Shown piece by piece: positions 11,401 to 23,770 of a stretch of 64,000 nt of DNA. The DNA comes from Ramazzottius varieornatus (lineage: Eukaryota > Animalia > Tardigrada), in the NCBI GenBank assembly GCA_001949185.1, contig BDGG01000005.1:124001-188000 (forward strand), read 5' to 3'. The stretch's first letter is position 1, and each line of letters opens with the position of its first letter. The notes under the pieces were generated by a model, which did not search any database, was not told where the DNA came from, and worked only from the letters and a program-made list of their open reading frames with translations. The translations under genes were made by a program, and so were the position numbers.

Positions 11401-14400
11401 GTAACCATCTCCAAATTACCAGTAACCGACGCACTATTCAAATACTCACGTAAAAAACCAGCTTACGTTTCCTCCCTATAGAACGCTGATGACGTTCTCG
11501 AATAATTTCATTATCTCTTACCAGTGCAGTGCGGTCCATCCGTTCTGAAAGAGAGATTGACCATTGGAGCAGAACTGTCCACATCAACTTAGATAACTCA
11601 GGACGTCTTACATTGTCCTTCGCAGCCATGTCGGCTCCCTGTCCCAAGAGGACCTCCGCCATGTGTTTGTGTCCTTTAGCCGCCGCGAGCAACAGTGACG
11701 TCTGCCCTTTGGCGTCTGGTGTATTTAGCTGTGAACCCGCGCGACTAAGTAGCGAGCCGACTACCGCAACTTGGCCTTCGACTGCCGCAAAATGGAGCGG
11801 TAAGTAGGCCGTTTTGTCCGTTGGTGCCTAAAACGATTTTATAATGTATAGTACAACGCGTATTTTGTGGAAGTTTTGGCTTACGTCGACCAATACTCCG
11901 GGATAGTTCAGTAGCATGCGCACAACACTCTCGTGACCATTACGGCATGCCAGATGAAGCGGCGTGAGGCCGCCCTCGGCTCCGAGTTCGTAGCCGGTAG
12001 CGGTGGTCACAGTGGGCTCATCAGAGCGGATGGTGGCAGGAACCGAAGCCAGCAGTTCACGGACTGCGTCTGCTTGACCATAGTAGGATGCAATGTGCAA
12101 AGCTGAAAAGTTCACGAATAAGATTTTGTCCCTTATTATCTTACCGTGCATTCACAACAGAAGGTTGTCTGTGAAATAGGACGGATGGAACCTTACCCGA
12201 CAGTCCATGCTGAAAGAACAAGAAGATCCGCTTGATCAACCCACCGCTTAAAAGGACAGGTAACTACCGAACCATGCTCTTACCTTCATACTGCTGATCT
12301 TGGGGGAGAATTTTTCCCGTAGGACGTCGAGGACTTCCAGATGTCCGTGTCTCGCGGCTAGCAGTATGGGCGTGTTCCCATCCTGCATATAATTGTCATC
12401 AAGCTCGGGAAATCATGCCGAAAGGGATCACTCGCAAACTAGAATGTTGGAAGTAGTACGTTATTCTCAACCGCCGGCGAGGCGGCGGCTTCCAGTAGTA
12501 TCTTGACAAGCTCGGCATGGCCACCTTCGGCTGCAATGTGCAGTACCGTAGAGTTATTCCACGAGGTCTTGCTGGTGATGATGTCGTTCTTGTCGAAGCG
12601 CAGAAGCAGCTGGATGACCGCAACAGACCCGTTTTTGGCGGCGATGTGGGCCACAGTGTTTCCTCTCTAGAAACAAAAAGGTCGTCAGAAAAACGGTCGT
12701 CAGAAAAAGGTCGTCAAAAAAGAAACAAAAAAGGTCGTCAAAAAGGGAGCTCTGCAAACGGTGACCAGACTGTTGTCTCAAGTGACGCACGTTCTCGGTG
12801 TTTTGACTAAAACCGTGCGTCACTTGGAAAATGATCTTTTCAGGTTTGTTTGCGAAGCCTCCATATTTTTAAAACTTCAAATCGTTAATCGATCTACCGA
12901 ATCGGCAAGTTTGAGTGGATTCTTGTCCGAGAGAACTCTAAGGAAAAGCTGCACTATGGCCTCGTTATCACATTCCGCCGCGATATGCAGCGCTGTCTGC
13001 CCATTGTCGTCCGTGGCCAACGGGTTTGCCCCCATCCGCAGAAGCAGTTCGCAGACATCCAGTTTGCCATGTTGGGCGGCGAGGTGCAATGGGGTTCTCA
13101 TGGCATTACTGAACGAATCCACCGTGGCTTCGTACTTCCCCACCAGCAAGGAAGCGATGTCGGTCCATCCCTTCATGGCGGCCAAATGGAGTGGAGTGAT
13201 ACCCAGCTTGTTCTTGGTGTTGACGAAAGCGCTGTTACGCAGTAGGTACTCCACAATGTCCAAGTGACCATTCTCGGCTGCGATGTGAAGCGAGGCTTTT
13301 CCGGCCTCGTCGTACACATCAACTCGCGCATGCTTCTTTATCAGCATTTTCACCACGTTCAGATGTCCACCTTCGCAGGCAGTCATCAGCGGCGACCAGC
13401 CGGTCTGAAGCGAAAAGGAAGTTGTACCGAGAGAACCGAGCAACGTATCAAGCAATCAAATCAGCTTTTCTTTACTTTACCCGAGACTGTCGGTTAATCA
13501 CGTGCTGCACCGCAGTCGTACTGATCGAATTCAACAAGGCGGATAGAACCTGGTCATTTCCGGCGCGAGCCGCGTAATGTAGAGGCGTTTCTAACGTCTG
13601 AAATTTTCACAAGCATCGGAGCGAATTCTGACTCGGATTTTTTTAGTGAGAAGGAGGTATAGTACCAGCTTGGTTTGTGCGCCAGGATCAGCGTTGTACT
13701 CCAGAACGTAGTGCAGTAGCTTGACGTCTTCGGCCTCATCGTGCATTACATCGGGAGAGATCTCTGTGACGAAGTGGAGAGCGGTTTCTCCTTCCTGAAA
13801 TAGACTGCTCATAACCGAACGTCCCTCAGATTCACGGGAAGGGAGTCGAAGCTTACCGAGTTGGCGGAGTTGACCAGGTTCACTGCGTCATAGCGGTCCC
13901 ACTTGCGGGTGACGAACTCGAGCAGGTGCTTGGCGATCTCGAAGTGGCAAGCACGAACCGCCACTGCAACAAGATTTTCGGTCCGTCCTGACTTCGTACA
14001 ACCTGACTCTTGAGTTACCGTGAAATGGAGTTTCGGCGGCAGCACTCGTGGCGACTGGATCAGCTCCGTCCTTTAGTAAGATTTGGACCATTTTCATGGA
14101 ACCTAATCGGGCTGCTACGTGGAGCGGAGACTCGCCATTCTCCATCCTGGCGTTGACCGCGGCGCCACATTTCAGAAGCAACTCTGCACACCGTTCTCCA
14201 TTTGGAATACGAGCCGCGATATGAAGTGGCGTCTCCAAGTTCTTGCCCCCTACAGGTAAACACGGGCTTAAGGTTCACAATCGTTGATCATTCGATCGAC
14301 AGCAGCAAAGTGCGAGTACGGTCAACGTGCACCTTTCGTGTGGACCGAGGCTCCAGCACCCAACAAGACCTCAACCACACTCGACTTGGCGTACTCGATA

Positions 14401-17129
14401 GCCAGATGCAGAGCCTGAATAGACAAACTTATGATATTTTATTTTCCGATTTTCCGACGTGTTCAGTCAACAACTCAAAACTATGTAGGACCCTTTGTCA
14501 GGTCCAAGTTTCCGCAGCATAACCTACCGTGTAATTACTTCTGGTTTTCGCATCGACCTTCGACCCTTTCATCAGCAGTGCCTTTACTACTGACGAATGA
14601 CCTAGGATTGGAATGGACTGTTCGGTACGGGGTGCTTGTTTTGGTCTATGCTTACGAGGAACCATGTCACTGGCCGATCACGGAACCAATGCGTCTTTGT
14701 GATAGCTGAGACGCTTAGCTCTCTACAAAATATCGGGAAGTAACGCGAATGACCATTTCCTGTGGCTGGAGAAAATCCAGAAAGCGCATCGTCCACCGTA
14801 GAACCAGTGTTATAGCCTGTATAGGGTTACACAAGACAACAAGAAAACTGCTCGGTTATCTGAGAAAAATCTAGATTTCGAGTGTGGCAGGCGTAAAATG
14901 AAGTTCTGAACCTCATAGCAGTGAGAAATGGTCAAACTCGTGTTCAAAGTATTATCCATAGTGTCTGATGGAAGCTGTTACAGCGTCACAATACGTATAA
15001 ATATGCCTAAGATATTTTTCCTAAAAAGTTTGCTTTTTCTTGGTGGCAGCCTGTAGGAGGTTCAAAGCTTTGTTGTACACCCTCGACATGTGAAATTCTG
15101 GGTTTTCTCAGATAACCGAGCAGTTTTCTTGTTGTCTGGTGTAACGCTCTACAGGCTTTCTACACTGGTTCTACGGTGGACGACGCACCTTCGGGATTTT
15201 CTCCAGCTACTGGAAGTGGTCGTTCGCGTTTCTTCCCAATATTTTGTAGAGAGCTAAGCGCCTCAGCTATCACAAGAAAGCATTGGTTCCGTGATCGGCC
15301 AGTGACAGGGTCTGAATAGTCCCTCGTCATGTGAGGAAGTTTAAGCTCGAAGCACAGTACCTGTCCTTGCTGCGGCATGCAAAGCAAGTGCCCCCGTTTT
15401 GTTGGGCATATGAAGGTACACTCCGCGTTTGAGTAAAGTGAGGACAGTTTCCGGATGTCCGGACAAGGAGGCGATATGGGCCAAAGTGCTGCCGTCCTAT
15501 CATTGGACAATAGGTTGACATGTGAAAGGTCTAATGGAATATGCTTTCACTTCAATAAAGTCACCTTCGTGCGGATATGGATTGACCCTGAGTACAGTTC
15601 CGTCAGCATATTCACGACATCATCCAGGCCCCTTTCCACAGCCAGATGCAGCGGCGTTCTTTCGTACTGAAATTGTCAAACAACGTCAGACGCTGATGTG
15701 GCTTCTTACACTAATCGATGAGAAAGGTACCTTGTCGACGAGTTCCGCGTTGGCGTTGTGCTCATGAAGTAACGTAATTGCGGCTTTGTTCACATTCTGT
15801 ACCGCGATGTGAAGTAAAGTCTGCCCGTCAAACTACGAAGAAAGAGGACCACATATACTTCGTTTAGGGGATGTATAGAATAGTACACGGACTAAAAATT
15901 CCGTAGAAAAAACTCACGTTCTGGATGTTAACGGAAGCTCCCGTGTCGATGAAAACTTTCAGGAAGTCTGTCTGTCCCCGACGGAGTGCCGAGTGCATGA
16001 CGGTATCCCCATTTTGTACCTGTTCAACTGTATCCATAAGATCCTTCGTCCGAAGCTCGAAAAGCTTTCACTTTTTTACCTTGTTTTGATACGACAACTG
16101 GGCAGCTGCTTGCTCCTTCAGCAACTCTTTGACGAGATGAAAATGACACGCTTCCGTGGCTCGCCACAAGGCGGTTTCTCCTTGCTGGATGCAGCGAAAG
16201 TTAATAACTCGGACCAGAACCGTAGGGTGCAAATACAGTGAAGTCTTCCGAAAAACCAGAGACGCATGCTTACCGCATCCATCATCAGGCGAGCGTACTC
16301 CCCAGAGAGATATACCAAATACTGGACAACGGGAAACGCACCGTGCTTCCGAGCGCAAGCGACATGGAGAGGCAGCTGGTTCAAAGGCTATAAAAACACG
16401 AAATCTTCGAGTGCAAACTCCAGAGAGATGCTCGAAGAACTCGCACAGCTGAATAGAAACTAAATATGTTGGACCATCAGAACCCAACGAAGGCGCTCCG
16501 TACTTACTCCACCCTGAAGGCTAGCATCCGATCCTACAGTGATCAAAAGTCGAACCACGTCCTCTTTTAGGTTCGCCGCGGCGAAATGGAGAGCGGTGGA
16601 ACCATCCTGAAAAAATGCCGCTGGAAATGAGCAAATATTGATACGGCGTGGTATAAAGACAGGTATGTCACCCTACCCTGATGCGGACGTTGAGGTCCGC
16701 TCCGAGGTTCGCCAACTTTTCTGCAAAAGCCGGCTTGTTCTCTCGAACACATAGGTACGCTGGAGTGAAACCAGTCTTCTGCAAGATCACGCCCGTATTA
16801 CAGTATAGAGTTAGAACGTTTTGTGGAAAGAATCCGGATGCTTTGGTTCTTACTTCATCTTGAGTGTTCACGGCTTTCTTGACGTCATCCTGTGCCTGTT
16901 TGATGCGCCATGCTGTTTCCAGCAATCGGATGAGGTGGTCGGTGAGGACCCAGTTCCTTTCCATACACCCTTCGAGAAGTTGTTGACCGGTTCCATCGGG
17001 AATCGTCCCGTCGTCTTCGCCGAAGAGTGGGAGAATCGAGTCGCCAACATCACGCAAAACCCGAAAATCAGGAACATAGGTTGGGTCAGGCTCGGCGGGA
17101 GCGGCAAAGCTGAAATTAGCAAAGGCCAT
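8431..17129 (-). CDS. nompC: NompC/TRPN-like mechanosensitive TRP channel, paralog 2 (multi-exon; canonical-looking pore)
   Basis: ATG at 17129 (MAFANFSF). 29 ankyrin repeats counted after manual splicing; YLSFHQLFGPFGIMISDIVVDLARF; pore LYWAIFGLIDP; S6 VLVNLLIAMLSDTYQRV; TRP box SDLEWRFIRARII; stop at 8433-8431. Confidence 0.93.
8617..8724. mobile_element. Family A copy (TRPN2 last intron)
   Basis: Perfect outer IR TGGGCAAATGAACT/AGTTCATTTGCCCA; core CCAAGTGGCGCAC; loop CAACCAATAACA. Confidence 0.8.
9220..9330. mobile_element. Family A copy (TRPN2 intron)
   Basis: Outer arms AAACAATCTC/GAGATTGTTT; core CAAGTAGCGCAC...TGCGCCA; loop GCCAATGACA. Confidence 0.72.
9821..9948. mobile_element. 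Family A copy (TRPN2 intron)
   Basis: CAAGCGACGCAC...TTGTTATTGGCC...TGCGCCACTTGG, with outer arm CATTTGCCGAGGTCCCAT. Confidence 0.75.
12670..12744. repeat. Intronic minisatellite, 4 copies of ~AAAAGGTCGTCA(G/A)
   Basis: GGTCGTCA is repeated four times, separated by A-runs. Confidence 0.8.
12745..12862. mobile_element. Family A copy with a paired substitution in both arms (TRPN2 intron)
   Basis: CAAGTGACGCACG (12779-12791) pairs perfectly with CGTGCGTCACTTG (12814-12826); outer arms GCAAAC/GTTTGC. Confidence 0.8.
14661..15311. mobile_element. ~650-bp fold-back element with ~255-bp arms in a TRPN2 intron
   Basis: Arms ~14661-14918 and ~15053-15311 are reverse complements over their length, e.g. 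TGTCACTGGCCGATCACGGAACCAATGC and AGACAACAAGAAAACTGCTCGGTTATCTGAGAAAA. Confidence 0.9.
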
Positions 17130-18134
17130 CAGTAATAACTAGACAGCGTCTCAGACACGAACCATCCTAGAAACACGTAGAACCAAAACGAAAATACGGA
17201 AATCTTGATATGCGAAGCCGGAAAGAGACGGAAAGATCGACGCGTAACGAAAGGTCCATTCAACCGTGTGGAATCAATAGTGGTCAGGTATATCTCAAAG
17301 TATCCAAAATAGGTGCACTTACACTTACAAAATGTCTCAGCTGCCTATAGAACGTCCCTGCATGAAATCGATCATTTCCGGTTTCAATTCAAGGTGTGCC
17401 CATTTTTGCGTGACGTGGACCATATAAAACCTAACTGGAAAAATTGACGGACATTTAGCTTGCACTTACTACGATTATGCTAGCCAACGTATCTGAGCGT
17501 TTCCGTTTATAAATTAGCGTCATCAAGCTGATTAGGCTTCGAGATCTTGCCCAATATGAAAAGACGTACAGTGCTAAAGGTCACTTTTATAGGGGGACAG
17601 GAACTGGTTAGCACCAGCCTCTCAGATGGATACGGCGACTGATTGGCCCAGCTCTGCGGTTAGGCACACCGAACTCCATCCTCAATATTGCTTCTTCGTG
17701 CATAACTCGGGGTGTCAGGAAAGTCATAATTCTCTTGCGAAAAGAAGCTCGAGTAATTTTCTGATCTTGACTTGGACGACCGTCAGCGTTTCCTTGTTTT
17801 CGACACCTCTCATAGTCTTTTCTACCTGTCGATATACCGATAAACGTGGCCCCCTTTCTCCGTGGTACACAGCAGGGCAGTGATCGGGTGTGCGTATGGG
17901 AGGAGAGCGCGGCTTGTATAAATCCCACGAGATCCTCTTGCGCGCACGTTTGACCAGCTCATACAGTGCGGAGTAGACGAAAACTTTTTGTTCTGATCAA
18001 CAAAATACTGATAGATGACACAGAAGAAAACAAAGAAAACAGTTTTATGTTTAGTCTAGGTCAATTTTGGATAAATTAAAAAACTTGACGGAAACGCCCA
18101 CTGTGTTACATCACAGTGGTGCCCTCTATCGAGT

Positions 18135-20304
18135 TCACGCGCTCTGGGTCTTCGAGGTCTTCTTTTCCATTTCACCCATCTTGCTGTCCTTCTTACTCTG
18201 CTCCGGCTTCTTGGCCTCCTTGTGCTGCTCGACGAGATAAGCAAACTCTTTCTCGACAAAATCCAGCAGGTTCTTCTCGGTGCGTTCTCTCTGGTAGTAT
18301 CGAAGAGCTTCCGGGCGAGGAGTGAACCACTCGTCTTTCGCTTCATTGTTGTTCTTCAACTTCTTGCGGGCATCCAGCATCGAGAGGTCTTTGGGTACGA
18401 ACAAGAGGTACGACTCCACAGCGTGGCATGCCTCTTGGACCTGATCCAGTTCCAAGTAGGCGCGAACTAGGTACAGGTAGAAGCGAGCCACCATACCCTC
18501 GGACGAAATGGACGCATCGAACTTCTGTAGTCGCGGAGCACACCTCAGCCGGCTTTTCAGCGCGAAAGTCATGTGGTTCGCTGCAACAAGTTTTCATCGA
18601 TAAAAGGAGATGTTTACCCCATTTTGCTGGGCGGTTCTCGACCTTAATTCCAAGCTCGTCGAACGAACTCGATTTTTTCAAGCGGCGCACGTTCTCAGCC
18701 TAAAACACTAAAACTTGCGCCACCGGAATAATCGTTCTTGTCGCGTTTTTTGACGAGCTCTCAATTCAACTTTCTCTTGGATATAATTCTATTCTGAATA
18801 TTGGTACTTACCAACTGCGATGTACAGGTCTGGTTGCATGTTGTCCTGGTCGAAGGACCCCTCGCACATGACGCGACAGTTTTCTTCTTCCCCGAGGTAG
18901 GCTTCAAGGCCCTGCTCCATCTTGTCTTTGACCGCTTGATAGTTCTTCTTTTCGTACGCCGCGATTCCTTCCTTGTATAACTCTTGATACTCTCTGGACT
19001 CTGTGTTCTTCAAGTCTTCTTGCGTGGCCTTGCCTTCCTTGCTCAAGTAAAACTTCAAATTAGTCTGCATGGTTTCGTGACCGGGATTCGCTTGCAGGAA
19101 AGTGTAGGCAGCAGTGGCGGCGCGATCGGGAGTTCCGTGCTTGAAGTAACACAGCTGGAAAATCGCAGAGAATATCAGGCCCGATCTCAGGCCCAGACCT
19201 TCGTCCTCATCGGGAACTGGTTTCGTCAATTTTATTTTGTTTGTTAAAACTCTGCGTATGACCGTCATCTTTGTGTATACAATCACTCAGGTTTATTCAC
19301 TTCCCAGTTTTAGCTTTTGGTCTTTCGGGTCTGGGTCTTTTTGTTTGCATGTACCTCGGTCTTCTCACCAAAGCACCACTAATGACCAGCGGTCAGCAAA
19401 ACCCTAGCACGCTGGAAATTTTTTCTACGGTTTCGGGTGGTTTTGGTGAAATTTGGTGTTTCGTCTGTTCGCGTGAGACACGTGCATGGTATTCGTTTAG
19501 AAAAAAAACTGGAGCACTGGGGACAATCTTATCTATCGAAACCGAGCCTGGGATAAATTTTGTAGTCATCAGTGCGGTCAGAAGAAAATCAAGACGACCA
19601 GTTCTCCCTTTTGAGATTTGGCGTTCATGGCCTGCCAATTATTCGAATTTTGAAATTTCGAAAATTGCCTATTGGTTGGAACAGCTTCCGCAACACGGCA
19701 CCAGCCAATAAAGTTCCTGTATACACAAAGAGGACGGTAGTATTCTGCAAACATGAAAACGATCGTGCTGAAAGTTTTAATCAAATATATTCTAATCGGT
19801 TGTTTTTTTCTTTTCCAAATTTCTTGTTGAATATGTCTATTATCTTTTACCTCCGTTTCGTTTCTTTTACACCAGTTGTGAAATTACCTGTAGATAGTCG
19901 TATGGAACCAAGTTTTCCATTGCTTCATCGATTTCCGGTACGTAGGCGGTTGTTCGACCCTGGAGGGTTGCCTTTCTGCACTTGATCAAGCACAGCGTAT
20001 GCTTGATCCCAGTCTCGAAGAAACGATTCTCGATATCTTCCAAGTTGGTCACGATCGTCTGGTTTCCGGATTCGCCGTGACACTTTCGGCGGCAGGACGA
20101 GGTTGCTTTTTTGTAGAACTTGTAGTCATCAACTGCGCGAGCAAAGTAGTTGATGCAGGAAATCCATTGCTCCTTCTGGTACGCCGTCACACCATGGCGG
20201 AACAGCTCGACATAGGTCACGTTTGGGTCCTCGGAACTTGCGCACTGGACATTGACAAGACCGACGATCGTAACGAACAATGAGAGCGAAATAGCAGTCA
20301 ACAT
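18135..20304 (-). CDS. Cartilage-associated protein / leprecan-family N-terminal-type protein (CRTAP/SC65-like), 3 exons
   Basis: Signal peptide MLTAISLSLFVTIVGLVNVQCA; CxxxC motifs (CRRKC, CLIKC, CRVMC); PYDYLQ, AAYTFLQANPGH and PRPEALRYY motifs; no 2OG-Fe(II) dioxygenase domain follows. Confidence 0.8.
18646..18766. mobile_element. Family A copy (CRTAP-like intron)
   Basis: CAAGCGGCGCACG...TTGCGCCACCGG, with outer arms AGCTCGTC/GACGAGCT. Confidence 0.75.
19261..19738. mobile_element. ~480-bp non-autonomous TIR element (CCGT terminus, Tc2/pogo-like) in a CRTAP-like intron
   Basis: ACCGTCATCTTTGTGTATACA versus the reverse complement of TGTATACACAAAGAGGACGGT: 20/21 match. TA lies outside the right CCGT terminus and GA outside the left. 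Confidence 0.7.
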
Positions 20305-21217
20305 TTTGAACTTCTGAATAGAACTTAAGAAACTTCGGAGAGCATTTCCTTGTGCTCGTAGACTAATCTCTTGAAAGAAAATGAATGCCGGCTTGTGAAA
20401 GTCGGCCAAAGAGATTGCAAATGCGAGAGATAGCAGAGTCTCTAGCATCCGACTTGGACCAGTTTTAGTGTGCCGACTTTATAAAGCTATCTAAATATAG
20501 ACTCTACAGCTTGGAGTGATCAGTGATCTGCATCAGTTACTTGTTGCTTCCGCCCTATATGCCCAAAATCAACACATGGACCACATCTTGTTTGAAGACG
20601 CAGATGTCTTCGAGCCGGTCACAACATTTTTGTCAGTAAAATGGACAGGACCAATTCAAAATATTGCCGTTCAAGAGCCTTGCATTCACAGCTCTTCGTT
20701 CATCCTCACTTGACAGAATACGCTCCACCACACTAGTCAAGATTCTAGAGCATGCCATGAAGATACCAGAACAAGCCGGTAGCACCTGTTGATATACGAC
20801 TAAGTGGTGCAATTCAAAGGGGAATAAGCGCTGGAGGAGGCTTTGCGTCCAGATTTATCTGATTTCGAAAGCTACCTCAATGTTTTTACTCTCAAGAACT
20901 GTAGCAATAAGAACACGCCAAGCTCCAGGACGTATATCACGTCACACAACGGTAGTCAACTTACCTGGTTGCCGGCACGAAGGTCGGTAGTTGGAAATGA
21001 TCCGATCAGAAAGCCGATGTCGTGGTCTCCAGGCTACTTTCTGTCCTCTTCCTTATCCATTTAGTGTAGGCACTCCTAGGAACCATAAGCCGAACAGCGT
21101 CCTGCAACGTTGAACCTAAATCAGAATGATCAACATGAGAAGTCGTAGATCTGCTTACGCGTTTTCATCCGTTTCACACAGGCTTGTAGGCACGATCACA
21201 AAGTTCGCGGTCAGTCG

Positions 21218-23770
21218 ATGTTACGGAAGCAAGATGGGACTACAAAAGGCTTACCTCAAAAGCCTATAGAGCAGCCTGCCAGCAAGAATTATCCCGAAGG
21301 TGACGTTAGCAGCAAGTATTCCCAATATCCAGCTTCGAATCGACTTCATGCGTTAGCCCAACCTAAGAAATCATACGTCTATGATAATTCCAATGCTGCT
21401 ATCGCCGCCGCTCAGGTGCTGGCAGTGGCCAAGGCTCACGATCTGATAACAAGATCTGAACCCTTCAGATTTGAGAATCGTCCCGCATCGACTCTCAAAC
21501 CTGGACAAAAACACAAGGATGTGCCCAATAAGGACGCCGTACAGAAGGCAAAATCTGTCACATATGCACGATCGGGTGAAGCTTACCGTTCAACCATTTC
21601 ATCTACCATCTCGTCACTGGCCTCGCAGAAGAAGACATTTGATACGCGGCAGTCCCTCGAGTCCAAAGTCCAGGCGGTGTCTTCCAGTTCCCGAAATCTG
21701 CAGCAGAGCAAAACATCAGCGAAAATTCACTCAGCTCAACTGCGACGAATACTCACACCGATCCCTGCAGACGAGCCAGCCAATGTTCCCGTTGAAAGCA
21801 TCCCTACTCCAGCAATAAACCCTCCGAAGGCTGCAGAAGACTCCTTCCAGGTGAATCCGTCACGTGCCTCGCCAGACAATGCAGACAGGAACAGCGGTCG
21901 ACGGAATGGGACTATCGAAACGAATCCTCCAGTTCAGCACAATGCCTTTCCGGTGGAAATATTGGAGAAAGACCATCAGGCGGACCCAGGGGCGCCCCAC
22001 AGCGCAGCCCACGAGGCGGTGCAAAGTACCCCCGTTAGGCAGGCGGACCCAGTTGCTGAAGCCCAAAAACTTATCGAGCTGACGTCAGCAATGGTCAATC
22101 AGCCCATCGTTTACACTCCGCAGGACTTTCCAAGCACTGGCCTCAGCTTAGGTGACCAAAACGTGCATTCCTTAGAACTACGGCCATCAACAACAGGTTT
22201 CTCAGTGGACCAGGAAAAGAGCGCAAGAAGTCAGGCCTCAGCTCAAGGCACAAATGATGCGCAAGATACAACTAATCCTCCACTTAACGCCATCGACGCG
22301 ACGGTACATCCTGTTTGCCGGAGGTTCAACGAGCAGTCCTCGGAGAGAAGCAACGTCGCCCCGATCATCAAATATTACACCGACCAAGGTTTCCGTCCTC
22401 TTCTTTGTGCCTTCCGTAATTTCCAATGGCGCGACTTTGCTAATCGCGGAAAGTGGAACATGTTTTGGGGAAATGTAGCGAACGTTAGGAGTTTGTTCCA
22501 ACCTGGGCAAAGATATTATTTCAGTGACGACCAGCTGGCCAACCACTACCAGACATGCTACCAGCTGTCGAGAAAAGATAACATGACCAAGAACATCAAG
22601 AAGTATCGGAGCGAGTTGGCACATGCCAAGGACCCTCTAGGAAAAAAAGACCAACACGGACATTTCCATTACCTGGACCTTATAGCGCCCACCTATGTTC
22701 TACCGTTCGACTTCAACGCGTTCGTGGATGAGTTCAGGAAGAGTGCGGGACTTTATATCATCAAACCTTGCAGTGGATCTCAAGGGCAAGGTATACCTTA
22801 GTAAGTTATCAAACTCCTGCTACCGGAAGCTATGTCGTCAATTAGAACTGAATTGACGAATACACCTTTAGGTATCTTCCTGGTCAACCAGCTCGATCAG
22901 GCTAAACGTTGGCAGGAAAGAGCGCTGGCGGAGATCGCGCAGAGTGTGCAGGATAATGAGGCTTACCAAGGGTACCTCATTTCCCGGTACATCTCGAATC
23001 CGCTACTCATCAACGGAAAGAAGTTCGACCTCAGACTGTACGTCCTCATTACGTCCTTCAAACCATTGCGATGTTATTATTACAGACAAGGGTTCTGCCG
23101 GTTCTGCGCCACAAAGTACAGTCCGGACGGAAACAACATCGACGACAAGTTTGTAAGGTTCATCCGAACCCTTCGATTACCTTAATAAAAGTTATTTTTG
23201 CAGATGCATTTGACGAATGTAGCGGTACAGAAACAGAAGAAGGGATACAACCGGTCACACGGCAATAAGTGGAACATCACCGCTTTCCGGTTGTATATGG
23301 AACGAGTCTACGGACGAGGAAAGATCGACTCCCTGTTCGATAATATTTTCTGGATGATAGTTCAGTCTCTGAAAGCCGCGCAACCTTTGATGGACAATGA
23401 CAGGCACTGTTATGAAATGTACGGATACGACTGCCTGATTGATGCTAATCTGAAACCTTGGCTCCTGGAGATCAATGCGAGTCCGTCGCTGGAGGACTCC
23501 ACCCCAACGGACCGGATAATCAAAACGAACTTACTGATGGATACGATGAGGTTGGCCGTCTACGAACGCTGTCCGCAACTTCTTGGAATCAAAGAGAAAA
23601 GCATCGATGGTTCTGATATGCCTTTAGGAGATTACGAGATATTGTACCTGGAAGAAGTAACGCTGAAGAACGTCGTGGAGAAGAAGGCGGAAGAGAATGC
23701 TGGGCGCTATGGTCCTGTCACCGGGCCATCTAAATCTTCGAAGAAGCCGAGATGGAAGAACATTGTTTAG
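21218..23770 (+). CDS. Tubulin polyglutamylase, TTLL1-like, with long N-terminal extension (3 exons)
   Basis: IIKPCSGSQGQGI, YLISRYISNPLLINGKKFDLRLYVLITSF, HLTNVAVQK and YGYDCLIDANLKPWLLEINASPSL motifs. The start codon is uncertain. Confidence 0.85.

Noticed and set aside
14602-15510. Two similar short ORFs on the minus strand (14602-14796, 15160-15510) and their plus-strand partners
   Set aside because: They are by-products of the inverted repeat and of reading a real exon off-frame, not genes.
170-17135. Many plus-strand ORFs over the TRPN genes, e.g. 170-583, 10923-11453 and 12761-13267
   Set aside because: These are antisense shadows of real minus-strand exons, with no recognisable domains.
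18056-18346. Alternative-frame ending of the CRTAP-like gene resembling an ER-retention signal (REL)
   Set aside because: The motif is not terminal in that frame, and no splice that would use it is evident.
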